A stretch of 64,000 bases of DNA. Source: an uncultured Chloroflexia bacterium. Lineage in GTDB: Bacteria; Chloroflexota; Ktedonobacteria; Ktedonobacterales; JADMIN01. Both the position numbers and the translations under genes were made by a program. The stretch covers positions 24,704-88,703 of the forward strand of contig CAVPDP010000002.1 in assembly GCA_963702665.1 (NCBI GenBank), given 5' to 3'. Positions 1-8,519 of this stretch are shown here, piece by piece (the first letter of the stretch is position 1; every line of letters begins with the position of its first letter). The notes beneath the pieces are model-generated. The model was not told the origin of the DNA and searched no databases. It saw only the letters and a program-made list of their open reading frames with translations.

Positions 1-162
1 AGGAGAGGGGCCGGGGGTGAGGTCCGGGGCGAGGTCTCCGAGCTGCCCATGAAGCAAAACGACCACCTGATGGACGCCACCCGCTATGCGCTGCACACGG
101 CGCTGGGCCAGTCGCGCGCCACCGACGCCTGGATGGCGGTCTATCTCACACGGCGGGGCTAA
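1..162 (+). pseudogene. 3' fragment of a phage terminase large-subunit-like gene (truncated by window edge)
   Basis: Frame 1 reads ...LPMKQNDHLMDATRYALHTALGQSRATDAWMAVYLTRRG* and ends at TAA 160-162. The DHxxDAxRYAL motif is typical of the C-terminus of terminase large subunits. The first ~30 nt (GGAGAGGGGCCGGGGGTGAGG) match the GC-rich repeat arm also seen at 11520-11545. Confidence 0.35.
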
Positions 163-314
163 GGGGCAGGATGGGAGGCATACTCCCAGGAACTTGCGTT
201 CCCGCAACGACCGGGATACGATAGGCGCAGCAGCGTATTGGGGACGTCTGTCTCCGCGATGGTGTTCGTTTTGGGCGCGGTGTCCGGGAGAATCCGGCGA
301 AAGAGCGGTGTGTC

Positions 315-1175
315 GTGCGGGTCGTCTCACTGGGCAGCGGGAGTAGCGGCAACGCCATACTGGTGCGGAACGGCGCAACGACGGTTCTGGTGGATGATGG
401 CTTCGCGCCCAAGACCCTGATAAGCCGTCTACAGCAGGCGAACGTCGCGCCTGAGGACATCAGCGCGATCTTGCTCACGCACGAGCATGCGGATCATGCG
501 GGTGGCGCGCGCGCGTTCGCCCGCCGCTTTGGCATCCCAGTGATCGCCGATCCGCGCACCCTGGATGTGTTATTTGCGCAGCCAGAGCGCGGGATGCTGG
601 GCGGGGCGCCGGGCGCGACGCCGCCGGAGCGGGTCGAGCTGCCGGTTGGGCGCATCCTCTCGTGGGGCGGCCTGGAAATCCTGAGCTTCCCCATCTCCCA
701 CGACGCCATCGCCCCCTGTGGCTATGTGCTCTCCACCAGCGCCTGGCGCGTCTGTGTGGCGACCGATACCGGCATGGTGACCAGCGCCATGCTCGAAGCG
801 ATGCGCTCGGCGCACGTGCTCATCATCGAGTCCAATCACGACCACGACCGGCTCGTCAACGGCCCGTATCCCTGGCATCTGAAGCAGCGGATTCTCGGCC
901 CCACTGGCCACCTCTCGAATGAGCAGACAGGCCAGGCGCTCACGCAGGTATTGGACGATGGCCCGCGCTGGCTCTGGCTTGCCCACCTGAGCCGGACGAA
1001 CAACACCCCCGATATCGCCCGCGCCCACATCCGCGAACACCTGCGGCGGCTGGGGCTGCGCCATATTCACCCGCTGCCGCTGCCGCCCGCATTCGATCCA
1101 AGGGCCATCTGGGATAGCGCGACGCTCTGGAACACTGCGGATACCAAGTCCGAATTGCCGAACAACTCTGCCTGA
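315..1175 (+). CDS. MBL-fold metallo-hydrolase (YycJ-like)
   Basis: 286-aa ORF with GTG start. N-terminal SLGSGSSGNA and the LLTHEHADHAGG (HxHxDH) metallo-beta-lactamase motif. Confidence 0.85.
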   Translation: MRVVSLGSGSSGNAILVRNGATTVLVDDGFAPKTLISRLQQANVAPEDISAILLTHEHADHAGGARAFARRFGIPVIADPRTLDVLFAQPERGMLGGAPGATPPERVELPVGRILSWGGLEILSFPISHDAIAPCGYVLSTSAWRVCVATDTGMVTSAMLEAMRSAHVLIIESNHDHDRLVNGPYPWHLKQRILGPTGHLSNEQTGQALTQVLDDGPRWLWLAHLSRTNNTPDIARAHIREHLRRLGLRHIHPLPLPPAFDPRAIWDSATLWNTADTKSELPNNSA

Positions 1176-1251
1176 ACAGGCTGTACAAGCCATCTCACAC
1201 ATTGATGATACACTGCATCCCATGGGAGGCGTCGAAAGAGCGGGGGCACGG

Positions 1252-2817
1252 ATGGACAATGATCTTGTCGTCAGCACGTCGTCCGGCAGATTCCGCGGCC
1301 ATGTCGAAGGTGGCGTGGTCTCCTACCTGGGCATCCCGTATGCGGAGCCTCCTATCGGCCCGCTGCGCTTCCGCGCCCCTCAGCCCCGCCAACCCACGAG
1401 CGATGTGGTAGATGCCAGCCGCTTTGGAGCCGCAAGCATCCAGACGATCCCACCGCTGGTCACGTGGATCTACCCACCTCAGGATCAGCAAAGCGAGGAC
1501 TGCCTGACCCTGAACGTGTGGGCGCCGCAGCATGGCGCGCGGCTGCCTGTCATCGTCTGGCTGCATGGGGGAGCCTTCCGAACGGGCGCCACGCGCATGC
1601 CGCTGATGAATGGTCGCGCATTCGCGGAGCGCGGCGTCGTCATGGTGACCGTGAACTATCGTCTCGGCGCGCTGGGCCTGCTCGCGCACCCGGACTTCGC
1701 GGACCCCGACACGGGGAGTTGGGCTAACTGGCAGTTGCAGGACATGGGAGCAGCACTGCACTGGGTGCAGCAGAACATCGCCGCGTTTGGAGGCGATCCC
1801 GCTCAGGTCTGCGTGATGGGCCAGTCTGGCGGCGCCATGAGCACGGCCATCTTCGCCCAAAATCCTGCGTATCGTTCGAGCTTCTGTAAGGCGGTGCTAC
1901 TGAGCCTGCCCGCAGTGCCACCGCCGAGCAGCATGACGCCCGGTGACGCCGCTGCCTACACGGAACTACTGGCCAGCAGCCTGGCGACCACACCGCGCGG
2001 GCTTCGCGACGTGCCGGCCAAGACGCTGCACGATGCGGAATTGGCGCTCAACCTGCAGCCGCTGCCCGCAAGCTTCACGTCTGGCCGGGGCTTTAAGCTC
2101 GCGCCGCTCGTCGACGGTATCTCCTATCTCTCCGACTGGACCCGCACCGCCTGGCCCACGGACATCCCCGTCATCATCACCTACACGTTGGATGAAGGGG
2201 CGTTCTTTGTGGATTTGCGGGACCAGACGACGAATGCCATGCTGACACCGCCGCTGCCAGACACTCACGCAGCTTTGATGGCGGCGCTGCTCCCCCAGGT
2301 GGGCGGCTCACCCGACGCGGCAGCTGCCGTCATCGACGTCTATACCCGGACGGCGCTTGCGGAGGGTCGCGGGGCGGCTCCAGGAGACCTGTGGGTCGAC
2401 ATCTTCGGCGACCGGCTGCTCCGCAACTATGGCACACGCTATGCCGCGACCCTCGCCCAGTCGGGCGCCCAGGTCCGCTACGCGACCTATATGCGCCCAG
2501 TCAGGGCGCCGGGGCGAGGTGTGCCGCATTGTGCTGATATACCGATGGTGTTTGGTACCTTTGGGCTTGACTACTACCGGGACAAGGTGGGCGCAGGCCC
2601 TGAGGAGGTAAGGCTTTCCCGTGACATGATCAGCGCGCTGGTGTCGTTTGCACGAGATCCCTCCCCCATTGCCGCCGCAGGACAGGAATGGCCTTTGTAC
2701 CAACCAGGCACAGCCACAACAGTGCGATGGGGCGAAGGAGACACCTCACACATGACGATCGGGCCGATCCCAAAGCTGGCGCAGTTGGCGGTGTGGGACC
2801 GGATCCTGGGCTATTGA
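1252..2817 (+). CDS. carboxylesterase type B (para-nitrobenzyl esterase-like)
   Basis: ORF 1222..2817. Shows YLGIPYAEPPIGPLRF, EDCLTLNVW and the GQSGGA nucleophile elbow. Start placed at the MDNDLVV ATG (1252); 1222 is also possible. Confidence 0.85.
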   Translation: MDNDLVVSTSSGRFRGHVEGGVVSYLGIPYAEPPIGPLRFRAPQPRQPTSDVVDASRFGAASIQTIPPLVTWIYPPQDQQSEDCLTLNVWAPQHGARLPVIVWLHGGAFRTGATRMPLMNGRAFAERGVVMVTVNYRLGALGLLAHPDFADPDTGSWANWQLQDMGAALHWVQQNIAAFGGDPAQVCVMGQSGGAMSTAIFAQNPAYRSSFCKAVLLSLPAVPPPSSMTPGDAAAYTELLASSLATTPRGLRDVPAKTLHDAELALNLQPLPASFTSGRGFKLAPLVDGISYLSDWTRTAWPTDIPVIITYTLDEGAFFVDLRDQTTNAMLTPPLPDTHAALMAALLPQVGGSPDAAAAVIDVYTRTALAEGRGAAPGDLWVDIFGDRLLRNYGTRYAATLAQSGAQVRYATYMRPVRAPGRGVPHCADIPMVFGTFGLDYYRDKVGAGPEEVRLSRDMISALVSFARDPSPIAAAGQEWPLYQPGTATTVRWGEGDTSHMTIGPIPKLAQLAVWDRILGY

Positions 2818-3093
2818 CAGCATATGTGGCGCATCATGACATTGGCCGTCCCAGGCGAGGCGCCAGGAGAATGCGAATCGCGAGTAGCCTGGCCCACACT
2901 GGCCATCTGACTCCCCAGCGGTTCAGTATTGCACTGCCGTCAGCCGAGACCTGCCTCGCGGGCGCCCTGACTTCACTGGGAAGATTTCCCAGTAAGCATA
3001 GGGAATGATTCTGGTGTGGGTTGGGGTCACAGCACGATGGGGAAATGCTGTCTGCGCTGCTGTTCGCGGGTGGGGAATCTGGGGAAAAGGAGC

Positions 3094-3127
3094 GGAGACG
3101 CGCGCGCCAAAATGGCGTCACGTCTCC
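3094..3127 (-). terminator. possible hairpin downstream of acpP
   Basis: On the minus strand GGAGACG...CGTCTCC forms a 7-bp stem with a large loop, followed by GCTCCTTTTCCCC, about 50 nt after the acpP stop. Weak. Confidence 0.3.
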
Positions 3128-3177
3128 AGGCGTATTGCGCCTCACACCTTCAACGGGTCGTGGCTAGCTGAGGCGAA

Positions 3178-3423
3178 TTAGTGCTCGTAGATGTAGTCGA
3201 CCGCTTCGCCCACCGTGGTGAGTTTCTCGGCGTCTTCGTCGCTGATCTGGAGACCAAACTGCTCTTCCAACGACATGATCAACTCAACCAGATCGAGCGA
3301 GTCAGCGTTGAGATCCTCGGTGAACGAGGCGGTTTCAGTCACTTCACCTTCATCCACGCCGAGTTGCTCAGCGATCACGGGTTTGAGCTTCGCCATGATC
3401 TCTTCTTTGGACATTGACGCCAT
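3178..3423 (-). CDS. acpP: acyl carrier protein
   Basis: 81 aa with the LGVDEGEVT...[21 protein letters not shown] phosphopantetheine-attachment (DSL) motif. Confidence 0.95.
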   Translation of the reverse strand: MASMSKEEIMAKLKPVIAEQLGVDEGEVTETASFTEDLNADSLDLVELIMSLEEQFGLQISDEDAEKLTTVGEAVDYIYEH

Positions 3424-3878
3424 TACCTGACCTCACTTCCGGCACCTGATGCCGACAATCCTGATAATTCTTGCGTACGGTTGAAAATCGTGCCTAGCAC
3501 GCCGTTCACAAATCGGCTGGATGTGTCACTGCCAAACAATTTGGCAAGTTCCACCGCCTCGTTGATCGCGGCCTTCGCTGGGACAGAATTATTGTACAGA
3601 ATCTCGTAGATTGCAAGCCTCAGAATATTCTTGTCGATGCGCGCCATTTGCGCGATCGGCCATTCAGGAGCTACCTCCTGGATGGTGGTATCAATCTCTT
3701 CGAGATGTTCGAGAACCCCATGCGCCAACTCGCCAGCATACTCGGCCACACGCGGTGAGAGCCGCCGCTCATCCACATGGCGCTGTAACACAGTCTCCAC
3801 ATCGTGGTGAGCGGTATCGTACTCATACAGTGTCTGTAACGCCGTTACGCGAGCCTGTCGGCGAAGTGTCGTACGCAT
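3423..3878 (-). CDS. nusB: transcription antitermination factor NusB
   Basis: 151 aa with [14 protein letters not shown]...[13 protein letters not shown], typical of NusB. Its stop overlaps the acpP start as TAATG. Confidence 0.9.
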   Translation of the reverse strand: MRTTLRRQARVTALQTLYEYDTAHHDVETVLQRHVDERRLSPRVAEYAGELAHGVLEHLEEIDTTIQEVAPEWPIAQMARIDKNILRLAIYEILYNNSVPAKAAINEAVELAKLFGSDTSSRFVNGVLGTIFNRTQELSGLSASGAGSEVR

Positions 3879-3882
3879 AGAT

Positions 3883-4296
3883 TTACGCTACATCTTGAAC
3901 ATAGACATTGATCTCACTGGCATGCATCCCCAGAATATGGTCTACCGCCCGGCCAACAGCCTCTTGAACCGCTGCTCCGACCGATACCAGGTTAACATCT
4001 GGCTCCGCGATGACATAGAGATCAATGGAAACAATATCATCATGCACCACCAGCGCAACACCATGGAACGGCAATGAGCGGCCAATCAGATGTGGCCACT
4101 GGCTGACATTCATCGCGAGGCGCGCCACCCCCTGGACACTCAGCGCGGCCTCTTCGATCACCGTCCGCAGTACCCTACGCGCGATACGCACGGAGCCGAG
4201 GTTCTCCGCCGAATAGTCCGGGGCGGCCAACGGCGGTGTTTCCACCTGCCGCACACCAGCCTGGCCATCAGGCATGCCATTCTGCGCTGTCGTCAT
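3883..4296 (-). CDS. Asp23/Gls24 family envelope stress protein
   Basis: GSVRIARRVLRTVIEEAALSVQGVARL...INVYVQDV is Asp23-like. Start set at MTTAQNG (ATG 4294-4296), preceded by GGAGAAGGAGG. The longer 200-aa ORF would overlap fabD. Confidence 0.8.
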   Translation of the reverse strand: MTTAQNGMPDGQAGVRQVETPPLAAPDYSAENLGSVRIARRVLRTVIEEAALSVQGVARLAMNVSQWPHLIGRSLPFHGVALVVHDDIVSIDLYVIAEPDVNLVSVGAAVQEAVGRAVDHILGMHASEINVYVQDVA

Positions 4297-4345
4297 GCCG
4301 ATGCCTCCTTCTCCGTGCGCCCAAATACCAAACACGCGCTCACGC

Positions 4346-5371
4346 TCAGACGAGCAGCCGCTCCGCCACATGAGCGACATCCGCTGAGGAGCCAACCGCA
4401 AGAATTGTCGCGCCCTTCGCGATACGCTTGATAAGCCCGGCAAGTACCTGGCCGACCCCAATTTCGACGAATATCTCCACGCCATGATTGGCGAGATATT
4501 CTACTGTCCGCGTCCATTGTACCGGAGAGACAATCTGTTGCGCCAGTTCCTCACGTAATTGCGCCTCGGTGGTGATCGGTTCAGCGGTGATATTCGCTAC
4601 AATCGGTACCTGCGGAGCGACCACCGGAGCCGCAGCCACTGCCGCAGCCAGCGCCTCGGCGGCGGGAGCCATGACCGGCGAATGGAACGCGCCACTCACC
4701 ACCAGCGGAACCACGCGTTTCGCTCCCTGCGCGCGCGCGCGTTCCATCGCGATTTCTAGCGCGGGCATCGCGCCCGAAAGGACGATCTGACCGGGGGCAT
4801 TATCATTGGCCACCACCACACGCCCCATGCCCGGATGCCCAGCCGCTTCTTCGGCGGATAAGGCGGCGCGCGCCTGTTCAGTCGCCTCGGCGCAGATGGC
4901 GCCCAGCGACACAGCATCCATGCCAAGAACCGCCGCCATGCCACTGGCGCAGCGCAGACCTTCGGCGTGCATGAGACGCCCGCGCTCGCGCACCAGCCGC
5001 AACGTATCGGCCACATCAAGCGCGCCAGATGCGGCCACCGCCGCGAATTCGCCGACACTATGCCCGGCGACAAACGCGGGTTGGATCGGGCCAGAGAGCC
5101 AATGACCGCCGCCACTGTCCGCGCCCGCCGCCTCTTGCAGGGCAGCCAGCAGCGCCAGACTCGTGGCGACGATCGCTGGTTGGGTATTCACCGTCTCGCG
5201 CAGAGCCGACTCTGGCCCCTCGAAGCAGAGGGTGGATAGCGAGAACCCCAGCGCCTCATCCGCCGTATCGAACACTGACCGCGCGGCAGGTGATGTCTGA
5301 TAGACATCCGCGCCCATGCCAACTGTCTGACTTCCCTGGCCAGGGAAAACGAACGCAATGCGCTGGCTCAC
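4346..5371 (-). CDS. fabD: malonyl-CoA:ACP transacylase
   Basis: 341 aa with the FVFPGQGSQTVGMG and GHSVGEFAA active-site motifs. Confidence 0.95.
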   Translation of the reverse strand: MSQRIAFVFPGQGSQTVGMGADVYQTSPAARSVFDTADEALGFSLSTLCFEGPESALRETVNTQPAIVATSLALLAALQEAAGADSGGGHWLSGPIQPAFVAGHSVGEFAAVAASGALDVADTLRLVRERGRLMHAEGLRCASGMAAVLGMDAVSLGAICAEATEQARAALSAEEAAGHPGMGRVVVANDNAPGQIVLSGAMPALEIAMERARAQGAKRVVPLVVSGAFHSPVMAPAAEALAAAVAAAPVVAPQVPIVANITAEPITTEAQLREELAQQIVSPVQWTRTVEYLANHGVEIFVEIGVGQVLAGLIKRIAKGATILAVGSSADVAHVAERLLV

Positions 5372-5404
5372 ACGAACCCTCCGCCTTCAGCAGACGCTAG
5401 CTGG

Positions 5405-5605
5405 CTATTCCGCCGCAGGACGGCGCTCGCGCACCGGAAACACCTGTCGGCCACGATAGGTGCCACAGTTCGGGCAGGCATGGTGCGAGAGTCGCGCCTG
5501 CTTACACTGCGGACAAATCTTCAACTGCGGAATCGTGATCTTGTGATGCTGGCGCCGGTGGCCCTGGCGCGAATTGGTCTGGCGTTTTTTTGGTAGCGCG
5601 CCCAC
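5405..5605 (-). CDS. rpmF: 50S ribosomal protein L32
   Basis: (V)GALPKKRQTNSRQGHRRQHHK...CPQCKQARLSHHACPNCGTYRGRQV is a zinc-ribbon L32. A GTG start at 5603-5605 has GAGGAG upstream. The upstream extension of the 118-aa ORF looks non-coding. Confidence 0.85.
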   Translation of the reverse strand: MGALPKKRQTNSRQGHRRQHHKITIPQLKICPQCKQARLSHHACPNCGTYRGRQVFPVRERRPAAE

Positions 5606-5838
5606 ACTCTTCTCCTCATCCTCATCATCGCACAGCATGCGAGCCGTCGCGCGCCGCTCCTGCGAATATCCGCGAACATCAACGTACGTGCCCGACCGCC
5701 GCGTCTCCAGGGCGCACAGTGCGATCAGGCACGCCAGATTTCCCCTGAACATCAAGCCCACACCAACGCCTTCGCGCAGGGCGACCTCATGCAGTGGTGA
5801 GACGCACCATCCAGCAGAGCGTGCGCCACTAGCAGTCT

Positions 5839-5847
5839 ATTGTATCA
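5839..5847 (-). promoter_or_regulatory. candidate extended -10 promoter (TGATACAAT) for the rpmF-fabD cluster
   Basis: The minus strand reads aTGaTACAAT, about 230 nt upstream of the rpmF start. No convincing -35. Confidence 0.3.
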
Positions 5848-5904
5848 TAGACCTTCGCGCACGCACAGCCCCTTGTTAGATGTGCGTCCTGAAGCTATCA
5901 GACA

Positions 5905-6771
5905 TCACGCGCCACGCGGCGCCTGCTGGCGACGAATCATCATCACTTGCTGATGTCCCAACGCGCGCCTACACCCGGCGCAGATATAGAAGCCTTCAAC
6001 CTCGCGATACTCCAGCGCATGCAGCGGGAAGTGGAGATAGCATATCCCGCAGCGTGTGCCATCACCCTGGCTTGCCACCGCGCGATCCTGCGCGAAAAGC
6101 TCGTGGAGCGCGTCGACCAGAGAACCCACCTCGCCGCGAGATTCCGGGCGGAACGGTTCGCGTGGTGTCGAGTCAACGCCGCCATTCAGCCGCTCGGTGC
6201 GCCATGTCTCCGGGATAGCCTCGATATCATTGCCATCATCATCATCGTTCATCGAACTTGCCGCTACTGGTGGCTCCGCACGGCGATCCGGAGGCATGTG
6301 GCCATTCTGCCTATTGGTTGCCCCGTTCTGTCCGTTTGCCCCGTTCTGCCCATTCATGCCGAGACGCGGCCCGTTGGCTGGTATGTAGGCGTGCCCACCA
6401 TGCGATATCGCCGCAAAGGGCGCTCTTCCACGCGGTCGAGTGGGCTGCTGCTGATCGTGTGGCGTCACCGGCTCGTCCAGAGAAGCGTCATCATCGTCAG
6501 AAGGCGCCTGCTCTGGGCCAGTATAGCCTATCGGCCCTATTGGCGGCGTTGACTGAGTTGGGGGCTGTGACGCCCTGGTCGAGCGATTGTGATCTTTCGC
6601 AGGCGTCTGTTCGCTATCCTGCATTTCCGGTTCAGAGGCCGGTGGGACGTCGTTTTTTGGCTGGCTACCAGGCCGACCATCTGCTCCACGCTGACGTGGC
6701 GGTCCACGCCGTGATCGGGGATTGCCCCCGTTGCCCCCGTTGCGTTTGTTGCGATTTGTATGTCCACTCAT
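5905..6771 (-). CDS. hypothetical protein, low-complexity N-terminal half with a C-terminal CxxC...CxxC zinc-ribbon-like motif
   Basis: ORF 5905..6828, with the start taken at MSGHTNRNKRNGG (ATG 6769-6771). Contains an Asn/Gly repeat (NGQNGANGQNGATN). The C-terminus reads RCGICYLHF...FYICAGCRRALG. Confidence 0.5.
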   Translation of the reverse strand: MSGHTNRNKRNGGNGGNPRSRRGPPRQRGADGRPGSQPKNDVPPASEPEMQDSEQTPAKDHNRSTRASQPPTQSTPPIGPIGYTGPEQAPSDDDDASLDEPVTPHDQQQPTRPRGRAPFAAISHGGHAYIPANGPRLGMNGQNGANGQNGATNRQNGHMPPDRRAEPPVAASSMNDDDDGNDIEAIPETWRTERLNGGVDSTPREPFRPESRGEVGSLVDALHELFAQDRAVASQGDGTRCGICYLHFPLHALEYREVEGFYICAGCRRALGHQQVMMIRRQQAPRGA

Positions 6772-7183
6772 GATTGGTTTGCTCCCACTCCAAACAACAC
6801 GTGCAGTCCCATCAGCGCCACATACCATCTGTCACGCGCTTCTGTCACACGCTTATGAAGCAGCAGACAGGCATATGAGAAGGTCGAATTCGCGGGGCGC
6901 TGTGACCGCCTCAGCCACTATTATACACGCTATACACGCATGAACTACGCGTAGGGATACAATTACAAGAAGCGCCAACGTATATCGAGCGGTTGTCAAG
7001 CTGCCGACGCTCCCATCTGATTGACACATTTCCGGCGCCATTGCTATCCTTATAGCAGTTTGTGATCGCTGTCAGCCGAAGCGGTGCAGAGTCGCATCGT
7101 ATGTCGAGGGCACGCAATGCCTGCGGGCCGATGTAGTCTATAATTTCGTCTGAGTCCGTTCTGACGAGGAGAGGCTTGCCCGC

Positions 7184-8311
7184 ATGCAACACGTTCAACA
7201 GAATTTGCGGATCCCCGGCCCTACACCGATTCCACCAGCTGTCGCCGAGGCGATGGCGCGTCCCATGATCAATCATCGCGGCCCTGAGTTCGCCGCCATG
7301 CTTGCGCGCATCACCGAACAGCTTCAGCACTTTTTCCAGACCACACAGCCTGTGCTTGGCTTCCCGGCCTCTGGCTCTGGCGCAATGGAGGCCGCCATCG
7401 TCAATAGCTTCTCGCCGGGCGATGTGGTACTCTCGGTCACCTGCGGCGCATTTGGCAATCGCCTCGCTAAAATCGCGACGACGTTTGGCCTGAATGTCAC
7501 CCGGCTCGATGTGGAATGGGGGCGTGCGGCGGACCCCGACGCCGTTGCGCAGGCGCTCGCGGCGCTCCCCAATGTGCGCGGAGTGCTGCTGACGCAGAAC
7601 GAAACCTCTACGGGCGTCACCAACGACATCCAGGCGCTGGCCCGTGTGATTCGCGAGCAGCAGAAAGACGCGCTTATCCTGGTCGACGCGGTCAGTTCGC
7701 TCGGCTGCATCGATCTGCGCATGGATGACTGGGATCTCGATGTCGTCTTCACCGGCTCACAGAAGGGCTGGATGGTTCCTCCTGGCCTGGCGATGATTGG
7801 CGTCAGTGATCGCGCCTGGGCCGCCACCGAGCGCGCCACGTTGCCGCGCTTCTACTGGGACTTCCGGTCGGCGCGCAAATCGCTGGAGAAGGGACAGACC
7901 CCCTACACGCCACCGGTCAGCATCTACTTCGGACTGGATGTCTCGCTGCCCATGATGCGCGCGGAGGGGCGCGATGCGATCTTCGCCCGCCACGCCGCTG
8001 GCGGCAAACTGGTACGCGAACGCGCGCAGGCGATGGGGCTGGAACTCTTCGCCGATCCCGCATTCGCGTCCAACACCGTCACCGCGATTCGCGTACCCGA
8101 TGGCGTAGATGGCAAGGCGCTGACGAAAGCGATGCGCGAGACAGAAGCCGTGGTGATTGCTGGAGGCCAGGAGCATCTGGACGGCAAAATCATCCGCATT
8201 GGCCATCTCGGCTACTTCACGGCGGCTGACCTGGCCGCCTGTATGGATGCGCTGGAGCGGCAACTGGCGGCGCTTGGTCATCGCGTGTCCGCAGGCACGA
8301 CGGGCGCATAG
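7184..8311 (+). CDS. class V aminotransferase (serine-glyoxylate / phosphoserine aminotransferase type)
   Basis: 375 aa with IPGPTPIPPAV...INHRGPEF...TGSQKGWMVPPGLA. Lies directly upstream of serA. Confidence 0.85.
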   Translation: MQHVQQNLRIPGPTPIPPAVAEAMARPMINHRGPEFAAMLARITEQLQHFFQTTQPVLGFPASGSGAMEAAIVNSFSPGDVVLSVTCGAFGNRLAKIATTFGLNVTRLDVEWGRAADPDAVAQALAALPNVRGVLLTQNETSTGVTNDIQALARVIREQQKDALILVDAVSSLGCIDLRMDDWDLDVVFTGSQKGWMVPPGLAMIGVSDRAWAATERATLPRFYWDFRSARKSLEKGQTPYTPPVSIYFGLDVSLPMMRAEGRDAIFARHAAGGKLVRERAQAMGLELFADPAFASNTVTAIRVPDGVDGKALTKAMRETEAVVIAGGQEHLDGKIIRIGHLGYFTAADLAACMDALERQLAALGHRVSAGTTGA

Positions 8312-8315
8312 CCGG

Positions 8316-8432
8316 GGCCGACCCTCTCCCCCTAACCCCCTCCCCTCAAAAGGGAGGGGGAACCAGAAACGGGCGCGCCATACCTCTGGCTCCCCTCCCC
8401 GCGCCGGGGAGGGGCCGGGGGAGAGGGTGGCC
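8316..8432. repeat. GC-rich double-hairpin repeat (arm A plus short arm B)
   Basis: Sequence is GGCCGACCCTCTCCCCCTAACCCCCTCCCCTCAAAAGGGAGGGGGAACCAGA ... CTCTGGCTCCCCTCCCCGCGCCGGGGAGGGGCCGGGGGAGAGGGTGGCC. It begins 5 nt after the aminotransferase stop. Confidence 0.9.
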
Positions 8433-8519
8433 GCCAGCCATCTCGCAATGGATTTGCTACGATATATCTTCACGCTTGAGGAGTTCTTTGTGACACCTGA
8501 ACCACAGGACATAGCGCAG

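Noticed and set aside
5405-5761. 118-aa extended rpmF ORF and 200-aa extended Asp23 ORF (3883..4485).
   Set aside because: The N-terminal extensions lack similarity to L32 or Asp23, and the Asp23 extension overlaps fabD. Internal starts with good Shine-Dalgarno sequences give canonical protein lengths.
6830-7183. Possible riboswitch or leader upstream of the aminotransferase-serA pair (contains a TATAAT at 7138-7143).
   Set aside because: I could not recognise any known riboswitch core (glycine, T-box, SAM etc.) by eye, and there is only a lone -10-like hexamer without a -35.
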